Below are positions 28,121 through 36,225 of a stretch of DNA of 64,000 bases, in pieces. Both the position numbers and the translations under genes were made by a program. The stretch spans positions 20,806-84,805 of the forward strand of contig CAZDOW010000001.1 of the NCBI GenBank assembly GCA_964507115.1, read 5' to 3'. Every line of letters starts with the position of its first letter. Position 1 is the first letter of the stretch. This stretch comes from an uncultured Maribacter sp. GTDB taxonomy: Bacteria; Bacteroidota; Bacteroidia; Flavobacteriales; Flavobacteriaceae. Under the pieces are notes generated by a model. It was not told the DNA's origin. It did no database searches and was given only the letters and a program-made list of their open reading frames with translations.

Positions 28121-29674
28121 TCAATCCTCAGGAGGATGGCCGTGAATATCCTCAAAAACGGTATCAAAATTCTCACGTAAATAAGCGTTCAATTTTTTCT
28201 GATAGTCATCTTTAAGCCAACTTAAAAAGTTATAGGTACTCTTGCTGATACATTTTGCGTATACCTGTATCCTATTATCAATATCTTCTTTTAACAGCTT
28301 GGCCAAAGCTAGAGCGTCATACACGTCTTCGCTATTTTCAATACATATATAGGCATGGTGTGTTATAGACTTTTCTAAGACCACTTTAGAGGATTCTCCA
28401 GAAAAAGTTGCATCCTTATAAACAGCTTTAATATCAAAATAAGTATTCTCCGATTTGGAAAATTCTACCTTAATTTCTTCGGAAAGGTCATGCTTAAAAA
28501 CGCCCTCAATTTCCTCATCATCTTTAATACGATCTATGTAGTAATTTGGAGACTTAAAGATAGCCTGCCAATCCAAATCTGCCCCCCAAGGACCAAAACG
28601 GTAGATATTGTTACCCAGGTCAATGACCGTAAATTTTGATTTATTATTAAGTATCCTGGAACCCCTTCCTATCATTTGATAATACAAGGTCAAGGATTTT
28701 GTTGCCCTGTTTAAGATGATGGTATCGATTGTGGGTTCATCAAAACCGGTAGTCAGTATACTTACAGAGGTTAAAATAGCATTTGGAGTTTCCTTGAACC
28801 ACTTTAAGATTTGCTTCCGTTGTTTTTTTGTAGCTGTATTGTCTAAATGCATTATAGGCAAGCCAGCATTTTGAAAAGTATAATATACCTGTATAGATGT
28901 TTCAATACCATTATTGAAAATCAGGGTCTTTTTGCCATTGGAATGTTTAACATAAGCTTCCAATAGTTTATTCAACATAGACGGACTCGTGTAAAGATCC
29001 GCAGAGGACTTTACCGTATAATCCCCATTGGAACCAACCTCCAAGGAAGTAAGGCCCATATCATATTGAAAAGTTTCTGCTTTGGCTAGGAACTCGTTTT
29101 CTATAAGGTTTTCTATGGATTCTCCAGTAATAAGCTCCCCGTAGTTGCCGTTCATAGGCAAGTCTTTGTTGGAACTTAACGGTGTTGCGGTCACCCCAAG
29201 TAAAAAAGCGTTCTCAAAAAACTTGAATAACTTAGTAAAGGAATTGTAATGCGCTTCATCTATAATGACCAAGCCTACATCTGAAATATCTAATTTATCG
29301 TCGTTAAGCCTATTATTTAAGGTTTCCACCATGGCTACATAACAACTATAGTGCTTGTGGTCATCCAAATTGGCCTTACTATTCACCACTTTGTTTACGA
29401 CACCAAAACTGGTAAGCATGTCAGACGTTTGCTTACAAAGCTCCACCCTATGCGTCATTACCAGCACCTTTTTTGAGTGATTCTTAAGGTATTGTCTTAC
29501 AATTTCGGAGAATATTACCGTCTTCCCACCCCCGGTAGGTAATTGATACAGCAAATGATAATCATCACGCTCATTATCAAACTTTTCAAAAATGTTCTGA
29601 ATAGCACCTTGCTGATAACTGTAGAGTTCCTTATCGGTTTTTCGCTCTTTTAACTCGTAACTGATCTCTTGCAT
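28121..29674 (-). CDS. SF2 DEAD/DEAH-box helicase (ResIII-like N-domain + helicase C) with an uncharacterised ~150-aa C-terminal domain
   Basis: Motif I LPTGGGKT, II IIDEAHY, III TATP, VI QMIGRGSR. The track ORF starts at 29752. ATG 29674 (MQEISYELKER...) removes a hydrophobic, non-helicase leader. Confidence 0.8.
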   Translation of the reverse strand: MQEISYELKERKTDKELYSYQQGAIQNIFEKFDNERDDYHLLYQLPTGGGKTVIFSEIVRQYLKNHSKKVLVMTHRVELCKQTSDMLTSFGVVNKVVNSKANLDDHKHYSCYVAMVETLNNRLNDDKLDISDVGLVIIDEAHYNSFTKLFKFFENAFLLGVTATPLSSNKDLPMNGNYGELITGESIENLIENEFLAKAETFQYDMGLTSLEVGSNGDYTVKSSADLYTSPSMLNKLLEAYVKHSNGKKTLIFNNGIETSIQVYYTFQNAGLPIMHLDNTATKKQRKQILKWFKETPNAILTSVSILTTGFDEPTIDTIILNRATKSLTLYYQMIGRGSRILNNKSKFTVIDLGNNIYRFGPWGADLDWQAIFKSPNYYIDRIKDDEEIEGVFKHDLSEEIKVEFSKSENTYFDIKAVYKDATFSGESSKVVLEKSITHHAYICIENSEDVYDALALAKLLKEDIDNRIQVYAKCISKSTYNFLSWLKDDYQKKLNAYLRENFDTVFEDIHGHPPED

Positions 29675-30028
29675 GCTGTCTTTTTCGGAGGTTGGCAAAG
29701 ATACGACCTTAAGCCACCTTATGCTAATGTTAAAGATTAAAAGCAGCATCATATCGACAAACTTGCATGTTTGAATCTGCTCAAGATAAATTATAGCTTC
29801 TTTTACTGGTTTTTGAACCTCTTATACCGATTGAAAGACATTATAAACTACTAATTTGGAATGAACAACTAGCTGATAGATCAAAAAATTACAACAAGTA
29901 AAAAAAGGTGCTAAAAAGTGATTTTTCTAGGAGTAGGTCTTCAATATTTTAATAACTATATATCAAAATAAATATATAGATGTCCTTCTAAAAAGTACCA
30001 TGTCTAAATCTAACCACAGAAGCTTGCT

Positions 30029-30036
30029 TATCTTTG
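30029..30036 (+). promoter_or_regulatory. -7 promoter box TATCTTTG upstream of the pseudouridine synthase gene
   Basis: Exact TAnnTTTG, 13 nt upstream of ATG 30049. Confidence 0.4.
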
Positions 30037-30048
30037 TAAGAACAGTAT

Positions 30049-30636
30049 ATGGACCAAAAACACATTCATTTTAAACTATATAAGCCCTTTGGCTTTTTAA
30101 GTCAGTTTACCTCCGGGGAAGAACGTCAGTTAAACAAGAAACGTTTTTTAACTGAACTTTATGACTTCCCTGAGGAAATGATGCCTGTAGGTCGTTTGGA
30201 TGAGAAATCAGAAGGATTATTACTATTGACCACCGACGGCAAACTCAGCAATAGGATTAACGGCAGCGAAATAGAAAAGGAATATATAGCTCAACTTGAT
30301 GGTGTTATACCACAAGAGGCCACATTGCAAATGCAACAAGGAGTGACCATAGGTGTATTTGGTACCAAGTACAGTACAAAGCCTTGTTTTGTGCAAAGAA
30401 TTGACACCCCTACTTATTTACCCCATCCCAATCAAAAATTGCGCATAGGTGTGCACAGGCCAACATCTTGGATTAGAGTTGTTATCTCCGAAGGGAAATT
30501 CAGACAGGTACGTAAAATGACTGCAGCTGTAGGGTTTCCGACGCTGCGCCTAGTTCGCATGCGAGTAGGGTCTATTACCTTAGAAAATATGTTGGAAGGA
30601 GATTTGCTACCTATACCGGAGCTTAACTTTGATTAA
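30049..30636 (+). CDS. Pseudouridine synthase, RsuA/RluE family (no S4 domain)
   Basis: Catalytic motif GRLDEKSEGLLLLTTDG plus KEY..........G and EGKFRQVRKM motifs. Confidence 0.85.
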   Translation: MDQKHIHFKLYKPFGFLSQFTSGEERQLNKKRFLTELYDFPEEMMPVGRLDEKSEGLLLLTTDGKLSNRINGSEIEKEYIAQLDGVIPQEATLQMQQGVTIGVFGTKYSTKPCFVQRIDTPTYLPHPNQKLRIGVHRPTSWIRVVISEGKFRQVRKMTAAVGFPTLRLVRMRVGSITLENMLEGDLLPIPELNFD

Positions 30637-31562
30637 AGTTTATTCCTTGATGAAGAAAACCTAGAGAATAAGGTTAGTTTTTTCTTTGTATTAATGAAAT
30701 AAACACCAGTAAGTAATACGATTGCTGCGATACCAGATTGTGTGGTAATCTCTTCTTGGAGAAAATACCAACCTAAAAGCATTGCAATTAAAGGATTTAC
30801 ATAGGATGAGGTTGCCACTTTCTCTGGCGAAACAACCCGTAATAAATAATTAAATGCTGTAAATGCAACAATACTACCAAAAATAACCAACATAAACATG
30901 GACCATTTTACAGGACTACTCCAGTGCAAAGGAGAAATCCAATGCTCCCCAATGATAAAGCTTATTATAAAAAGCATGATGCCGCCTGTTAGCATTTGAT
31001 ATCCAGTATTTACAAAGTAGTTGGCAGGCAAATCCGCCTTACCCACAAATAGACTACCATAGGCCCAACTGATCATACATGCAAAAATAAGGGCCATTCC
31101 TAGAATAGCTCCTTCTTGATTGATGATTTGTTTTTGACTTACCAATAGATAAATACCTATAACTCCCAAACCTACTCCTACCAGCGACATGGGCTGAATT
31201 TTCTTTCCCTGTAAGATGAGCATTAACAAAAGTACAACCAAAGGTTGCGCGGAGACTTCTAAAGCAGCAAAACCACTGTCCACATACTTTAAAGCCCAAA
31301 CGACTACTCCATTTCCAAAAGTTAGGAACAGGAATCCAGCAATAACAGTATTTATAAACTGCTTTTTGGAAATTTTTAAGGAACGTCCAGATAATTTAGC
31401 GATACTAAAAATCAATAATCCTGCTACAACAAAGCGTATTCCCGCCAACATAAAGGCCGGTAGCTCGGTAACCGCTATTTTGTTTAAAAGATAAGTAGCG
31501 CCCCAAATAACATATATCGCAAAAAAAGCCAATACGATAAGAAAAGAGTTTCGCTTGGCCAT
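30633..31562 (-). CDS. EamA/DMT family transporter
   Basis: 309 aa, 10 TM helices, two EamA repeats. Converges on the pseudouridine synthase gene with a 4-nt overlap. Confidence 0.75.
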   Translation of the reverse strand: MAKRNSFLIVLAFFAIYVIWGATYLLNKIAVTELPAFMLAGIRFVVAGLLIFSIAKLSGRSLKISKKQFINTVIAGFLFLTFGNGVVVWALKYVDSGFAALEVSAQPLVVLLLMLILQGKKIQPMSLVGVGLGVIGIYLLVSQKQIINQEGAILGMALIFACMISWAYGSLFVGKADLPANYFVNTGYQMLTGGIMLFIISFIIGEHWISPLHWSSPVKWSMFMLVIFGSIVAFTAFNYLLRVVSPEKVATSSYVNPLIAMLLGWYFLQEEITTQSGIAAIVLLTGVYFINTKKKLTLFSRFSSSRNKL

Positions 31563-31595
31563 ACTACTGTATTCCTTTATTGAGTACGTTTAAGA

Positions 31596-32054
31596 TTAAA
31601 TCTTCTTAACACGAACGGCATTCATGCCCTTCATACCTCTCTCTAACTCGTAGGATACTTTGTCGTTTTCAAAAATCTCATCGATAAGACCGCTTACATG
31701 CACAAAGTATTTTTCATTGTTTTCCGTATCGATAATAAAACCAAAACCTTTGGAAGAATCGAAAAACGAAACTTTACCGCTTCGTACAGGGTTAAACTCC
31801 TCAACGTCTCCTTCTTCTTTTTTAGGAATTCCTAAAATGATATCCTCAGCTTCTATCTCTACCTTCATAGACGGATCTGGTGGTGTATCTACTAAGTTTC
31901 CATTGAAATCAACATAAGCCAATGGTATCCCAGAAGTTCCACTTTCCTTTACAGCAGCCTTCCTGGCAAGCATTTTTTTCTTTTTTTCCTCACGTTTTTT
32001 TAAACGCTTTTTTTCTTTTTCAGTTTTGTTAAATGTCTGTTGCGATTTTGCCAT
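31596..32054 (-). CDS. Cold-shock-domain protein with ~90-aa Lys-rich N-terminal extension
   Basis: The C-terminal CSD carries RNP1 KGFGFI and RNP2 YFVHV. The N-terminus reads KTEKEKKRLKKREEKKKKMLARK. Confidence 0.85.
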   Translation of the reverse strand: MAKSQQTFNKTEKEKKRLKKREEKKKKMLARKAAVKESGTSGIPLAYVDFNGNLVDTPPDPSMKVEIEAEDIILGIPKKEEGDVEEFNPVRSGKVSFFDSSKGFGFIIDTENNEKYFVHVSGLIDEIFENDKVSYELERGMKGMNAVRVKKI

Positions 32055-32206
32055 TCGTAATTTTAAATTTTTTTTAAATCAATGTTATATGGGAAATAGA
32101 CATAATTTGTTGACTTGTATCTAATGGAGAATTATAGTGGAGTACTATAAAATTATTCCATCTTAAGGTCATTGCAAGATTGTTCCGCATCCCTTTAAAA
32201 CGGTAA

Positions 32207-32214
32207 CAAAGATA
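32207..32214 (-). promoter_or_regulatory. Candidate -7 promoter box (TATCTTTG on minus strand) for the cold-shock-domain gene, implying a ~145-nt leader
   Basis: Plus-strand CAAAGATA is the reverse complement of TAnnTTTG. It is the only match to the consensus I found upstream of ATG 32054. Confidence 0.3.
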
Positions 32215-32901
32215 CATTATGTATTTGGATTTTGAGGTATAATCACTTGTAAGTATTGGTAAGTTTATCTTGATTTTGAGGCTGTCTAGTAAACGCTAAA
32301 GTAATTTTAGATAGCACTACCCTCAAACCAATCAATACTACTTTTTTTGATTCATAATCTAAACCTGTAACCAAAAAACTCATAGATTTTAAAAAAAAAT
32401 GTAGCCGACGATCTACGTAACACTACTAAAACAAAACATAACTAACTGAATAAAAGTATTTTAGATGTCTATCTACAAAGTGCAATGATTGCCTATTGTT
32501 AAATAAAGAACCTTTTAATACATAGTACTGTAACAAAATTTAAACTCTCTCGTCTTTTAAAAAATAGCACTAATTGCGAAACTTATAAATCAATCAATAA
32601 ACGAATAGATATGAGAATTTTTAACGGACAAACACCAACGGATTCTAGAAGACATTCTTTCTTTTCTGCTTCTAGAAATAGTAAAAGGCTACAATGGGTC
32701 GAAATTAGACAGCACAACCATCAAATTAACCTATAGCAATCAATTCATCAACTATCAAAAAAGAATAGCAGGAAAATAAAGCAGATTGGTATCCCAAAGT
32801 TTCTACACGATTTTAGCATTCTTCTGCATTTTAAAGGCAAAACCAAGTGTTTGTTGGACTAAACCAAAAGAACTTATTTTTAAGTAAGTAGAACTTTTAA
32901 A

Positions 32902-32940
32902 AAAATTGGGCTATGACTTCATCAATCATATCCCAATTTT
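32902..32940. terminator. Terminator-like interrupted hairpin inside the ORF-free region
   Basis: AAAATTGGG-C-TATGA-CTTCATCAA-TCATA-T-CCCAATTTT, i.e. 9+5 bp with one mismatch. It is flanked by an A-run on the left and a T-run on the right, so it is U-tailed on both strands (7 T on the minus strand). Confidence 0.35.
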
Positions 32941-33089
32941 ATATGAATAAATTCGTTTTTAATTTTTTATAAAAATTAATCTTTTCGCTCTTAAGGTAGT
33001 TTTATCGCTATGCTATCAGTACATGTAATTTTACGAAATTCTAATACTATCACTATACCTTTTTGTTTAGGAGTACTATAATTTTATAA

Positions 33090-33105
33090 AAATCGTATAC
33101 GATTT
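33090..33105. promoter_or_regulatory. Perfect 16-bp palindrome AAATCGTATACGATTT; candidate GntR-family operator
   Basis: Self-complementary with core GT-AT-AC. It lies immediately upstream of the TATCTTTA box (33108-33115) and 19 nt before the GntR ATG. Confidence 0.55.
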
Positions 33106-33107
33106 AG

Positions 33108-33115
33108 TATCTTTA
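33108..33115 (+). promoter_or_regulatory. Near-consensus -7 box TATCTTTA for the GntR gene
   Basis: 7 of 8 match to TAnnTTTG, 9 nt upstream of ATG 33124. Confidence 0.35.
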
Positions 33116-33123
33116 CATATATT

Positions 33124-33753
33124 ATGGCTAAAAAAATCAATTTAAGAGATCAGGTCAGGGACCACTTATTAAAAGAGATGACTACGGGGTCTTTAGAACT
33201 AGGGAAAACAATAAATTTAGCTGCGGTCTCCAGAGCACTGAACGTAAGTGTTACGCCTATTCGTGAAGCTTTGGCCCAATTGCAACAAGCTCGTATCATC
33301 AAAGCGGTACCCAACAGGGGTTTCATTATTGCCGAGTTGGATGTAAAGGAAGCTGAAGATTTATATGAATTAGTTGCCAGCTTAGAGGTAATGGCCATTG
33401 AAAATTCCGAATTTAGCGAAGAGCATATTATCGTTTTAAAACAACAACAAGAAGTATTTGAAAATGCACCGAATGCTATTTCTAGAATACAGGCCGATTT
33501 GGAATTTCACCGGTTACTAACCAAAGGTTTTGCAAACGATTTAGCACTTCAATTACTACTTGACCTAAAAACCAGGGTTTTCTTTTATGAGCGCGCCTTT
33601 ATGTCAGACGATTCTTTTTACAATAAATCAAATAACCAGCACGAAACCATTATTTCAGCAATTGCGGATGATAACGTCCCAACGGCTTCCCTCCTATTAA
33701 AAATGAACTGGATGCTAATTTTAAACTATATTCAGAAAAAACTAACGGAATAA
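33124..33753 (+). CDS. GntR family transcriptional regulator (FadR/FCD subfamily)
   Basis: Winged HTH (LAAVSRALNVSVTPIREALAQLQQARIIKAVPNRGFII) followed by an all-helical FCD-like C-terminal domain. Confidence 0.85.
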   Translation: MAKKINLRDQVRDHLLKEMTTGSLELGKTINLAAVSRALNVSVTPIREALAQLQQARIIKAVPNRGFIIAELDVKEAEDLYELVASLEVMAIENSEFSEEHIIVLKQQQEVFENAPNAISRIQADLEFHRLLTKGFANDLALQLLLDLKTRVFFYERAFMSDDSFYNKSNNQHETIISAIADDNVPTASLLLKMNWMLILNYIQKKLTE

Positions 33754-33760
33754 ACGAGGA

Positions 33761-34360
33761 CTACTTTAAATCCTCTAATAGTAAAGCCGCAGAATTCGTA
33801 ATCTTCTGATAACTTCTATAGCCCCATCTAGAGAAAAACAACGCCCCTATAAAGACGATCAAAAAACCTATCCATTGCTCTGCTTTTAAAGGTATTAAGA
33901 ATACATCTTTATCATCAAAAATTTTAGCAGTTGTTGGAATAATTAAAAACATCATTATAAAAGATAGCGTAATACTAATCTGCTGTAAGCGCAATAATCG
34001 GGTTTTTGACTTTGTATACCTCACTAAGTTTTCCTTGTATGTTCCCTTAAAAATATCGAAATCTTGAATTTGTTTTAAAGCGGAAAGCACTAATATGGGC
34101 ATTATAATTAGGAAGCCTAAACAAAGTGTACCACACGCCTGAAGATACCAAGTATCCAATTTGTTGAAATTAATTAAAATAAGCAGTGCTACTCCAAAAC
34201 ATACTACCGTCCCGGCCTTTTCGTAAGTACTTATTTTTCTAAACTTGTTCTTATACTTGGTACGTGTCATTTCCATTATTATGTTATTTGTAAGTTTCTT
34301 CTGTGTCTCTAGTTCTGCGCCCATTTGGGTCCAAGCTAGTTGTAGTTCTTCCAGTTCCAT
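33761..34360 (-). CDS. Membrane protein downstream of the ECF sigma factor (candidate anti-sigma / partner)
   Basis: 199 aa with a short cytoplasmic N-terminus and 4 TM helices. It starts 4 nt after the sigma-factor stop. Confidence 0.5.
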   Translation of the reverse strand: MELEELQLAWTQMGAELETQKKLTNNIIMEMTRTKYKNKFRKISTYEKAGTVVCFGVALLILINFNKLDTWYLQACGTLCLGFLIIMPILVLSALKQIQDFDIFKGTYKENLVRYTKSKTRLLRLQQISITLSFIMMFLIIPTTAKIFDDKDVFLIPLKAEQWIGFLIVFIGALFFSRWGYRSYQKITNSAALLLEDLK

Positions 34361-34363
34361 ATG

Positions 34364-34852
34364 CTACGGTTTAACTATGTTATTTTTTATTTTTATTTTA
34401 ATGCGGGAAATCCTGGTTCCCACATTTGAATCTGTTAAGCCTGTTATTTCAGCAATTTCACCATAACTTTTACCTTCTAATAACAAAAGCATAAGTCCTT
34501 TCTCCAAAGGATTTAGCTTTTGAATGTATTTGTAAATCCAGGTTAAACGCTCCTCATAAAGGTCATCTAGCGCATCTTCTCTTATCGTAACAGCTACTAC
34601 CAGTGAATCAGCACTAGGATGTTTTTTGGATTGTTTTAAGTAGGTAATGGCAGTGTTCATACCTACACGATACATCCAGGTAGTAACCTTAGATTCTCCT
34701 CTAAAAGAATCAAAACCCCGCCAAAGCTGATATACAATTTCCTGAAAGAGATCTTCACGATCCAAAGGGGAATTGGTATATACGGAAGCTACCTTAATGA
34801 GCAGTCCTTGATGTTCTTTTATCAAGTTTGTAAATTCTGTCTCGCTTGCCAT
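34364..34852 (-). CDS. RNA polymerase sigma-70 factor, ECF subfamily
   Basis: Region 2 (DREDLFQEIVYQLWRGFDSFRGESKVTTWMYRVGMNTAI) and region 4 HTH (SYGEIAEITGLTDSNVGTRISRIK). Confidence 0.9.
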   Translation of the reverse strand: MASETEFTNLIKEHQGLLIKVASVYTNSPLDREDLFQEIVYQLWRGFDSFRGESKVTTWMYRVGMNTAITYLKQSKKHPSADSLVVAVTIREDALDDLYEERLTWIYKYIQKLNPLEKGLMLLLLEGKSYGEIAEITGLTDSNVGTRISRIKIKIKNNIVKP

Positions 34853-35127
34853 TTAACGCTTTGGTTTTTGAAATAGGTGTGCCTAATCAGAAAAAAATCA
34901 CATAAAGTTTAAACTATTTTTCAAAAAAACTATGCAACATGCTAAAATATAGTGCGTTATACACTTAAAACTATCTTATGCAATTCTTAAATAAAGAAAT
35001 AGCAGCATTGACCAAAAGGAAAAGAACCAAATCCCTTATTAAGCCAGAAATTTCCTGTGGTATATTTCAAGATGTAGAAAAATGGATAGAACCTAAGTCA
35101 AATTCTTTTATAAAGTAAGAGCAAACA

Positions 35128-36225
35128 TTATTCAAATAGTGATGCATCCAATCCCGGAACAAGTTGGAGCGCATTTTTATAGTAAACTTTCTTAAGTACC
35201 TCGTCCGGAAGATTTAAACCATACATGGACCAAAATGCATGATACTTTTTGTAGTAAGGAAAATACTCATCATTACTTTCCAACACTCTAAAATAAGTGG
35301 GAAATTCTTCTGGTTTCCAACTATCCTTACCAAATAGTATTCTGTCTTGATGCTGAATGAAAAAAGCCCTAGCATTTTGAGGTTGCCTTCCCAATTCGGC
35401 AATTACAGCTGCAATACCCACATACATATTTGGCATTTCAGCCATGAGTTCGCTAAGCTTTGTTAAATTATTAGCGTACCAGCCCATATGGGCATTTATG
35501 AATTTGGTTTTTGGATGCCTTTTAAAGATGTTATGCTGTTCTTTTATAATTTGTTCCCATGGCGCAGGATCTGTGGCAGAACGTTTTCTCCTTGAATGTG
35601 TTTTCAATTCTAGCCATCTTTCATTATCACTGTCCATCTCATCCCAAAAAGATTTAGGATCGGCAGCATGAATAAGTACAGGTATCCCCAGTTCTCCGCA
35701 TTTAGCCCAAACAGGGTCTAAACGTTTATCATCTATAGCAAGCCTATTGCCGTTTACGTCTTTATAGCGTAGACCAAGGCTTTTATATATTTTGAGTCCT
35801 TTTGCACCGTTGCTAACGTCCTTTTCTAACTGTTTTGCTGCTTTAACTCCCCAATCTGAACTACCCACACCCTCAAAATCTACATTGGCAAAGACGGCAA
35901 AACGATTAGGAAAGCTTTTTTCTATATTTTCAATCTTACTTTTTAGACTGGCTCCAGAACCGCCGCTAAGATTTACCATAATACCTTCGTTTAAGGCATC
36001 CATATCCTTTAGCAAACTAGTTAACTTCTCAACAGACATATCCCTTTGATGGCTATGTATATCTATAAATGGGAATTTAGCCCTTTGTATTTTCTTTCCT
36101 GGAACCACCAAAGTAGGCGTAGGGTTATATTCCTCAAAGCTCATTTCTTGGGCTGCAACAGACAGTGCACTTATTGATACTACTGATAAAAGGAGTATGC
36201 TTTTAAAAAGGTGAAAATTCTTCAT
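35128..36225 (-). CDS. Secreted amidohydrolase-family metallohydrolase (TIM-barrel, amidohydrolase_2-like)
   Basis: Signal peptide, then IDIHSH metal motif, IHAADP and NAHMG. Its ATG overlaps the upstream stop (ATGA). Confidence 0.7.
   Translation of the reverse strand: MKNFHLFKSILLLSVVSISALSVAAQEMSFEEYNPTPTLVVPGKKIQRAKFPFIDIHSHQRDMSVEKLTSLLKDMDALNEGIMVNLSGGSGASLKSKIENIEKSFPNRFAVFANVDFEGVGSSDWGVKAAKQLEKDVSNGAKGLKIYKSLGLRYKDVNGNRLAIDDKRLDPVWAKCGELGIPVLIHAADPKSFWDEMDSDNERWLELKTHSRRKRSATDPAPWEQIIKEQHNIFKRHPKTKFINAHMGWYANNLTKLSELMAEMPNMYVGIAAVIAELGRQPQNARAFFIQHQDRILFGKDSWKPEEFPTYFRVLESNDEYFPYYKKYHAFWSMYGLNLPDEVLKKVYYKNALQLVPGLDASLFE

Noticed and set aside
26708-29752. Helicase plus neighbouring FAD-dependent oxidoreductase considered as a possible two-gene defence system.
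   Set aside because: The genes are separated by 159 nt. The oxidoreductase looks like an ordinary amine-oxidase/desaturase-type enzyme. No nuclease, methylase, TIR, SIR2 or other defence-type domain is present, and no mobile-element or compositional signature of an island is visible.
32611-32745. 44-codon ATG ORF (MRIFNGQTPTDSRRHSFFSASRNSKRLQWVEIRQHNHQINL) inside the ORF-free region.
   Set aside because: There is no promoter box upstream and the composition is basic and low-complexity. The frame contains the 9-bp inverted repeat TTCTAGAAG/CTTCTAGAA, which is more suggestive of RNA or DNA structure. It is kept only as a note within the region finding.
34978-35118. 46-codon ORF (MQFLNKEIAALTKRKRTKSLIKPEISCGIFQDVEKWIEPKSNSFIK) between the ECF sigma gene and the amidohydrolase gene.
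   Set aside because: It is short, has no recognisable motif or promoter box, and could easily arise by chance in AT-rich spacer. It is not reported as a feature.
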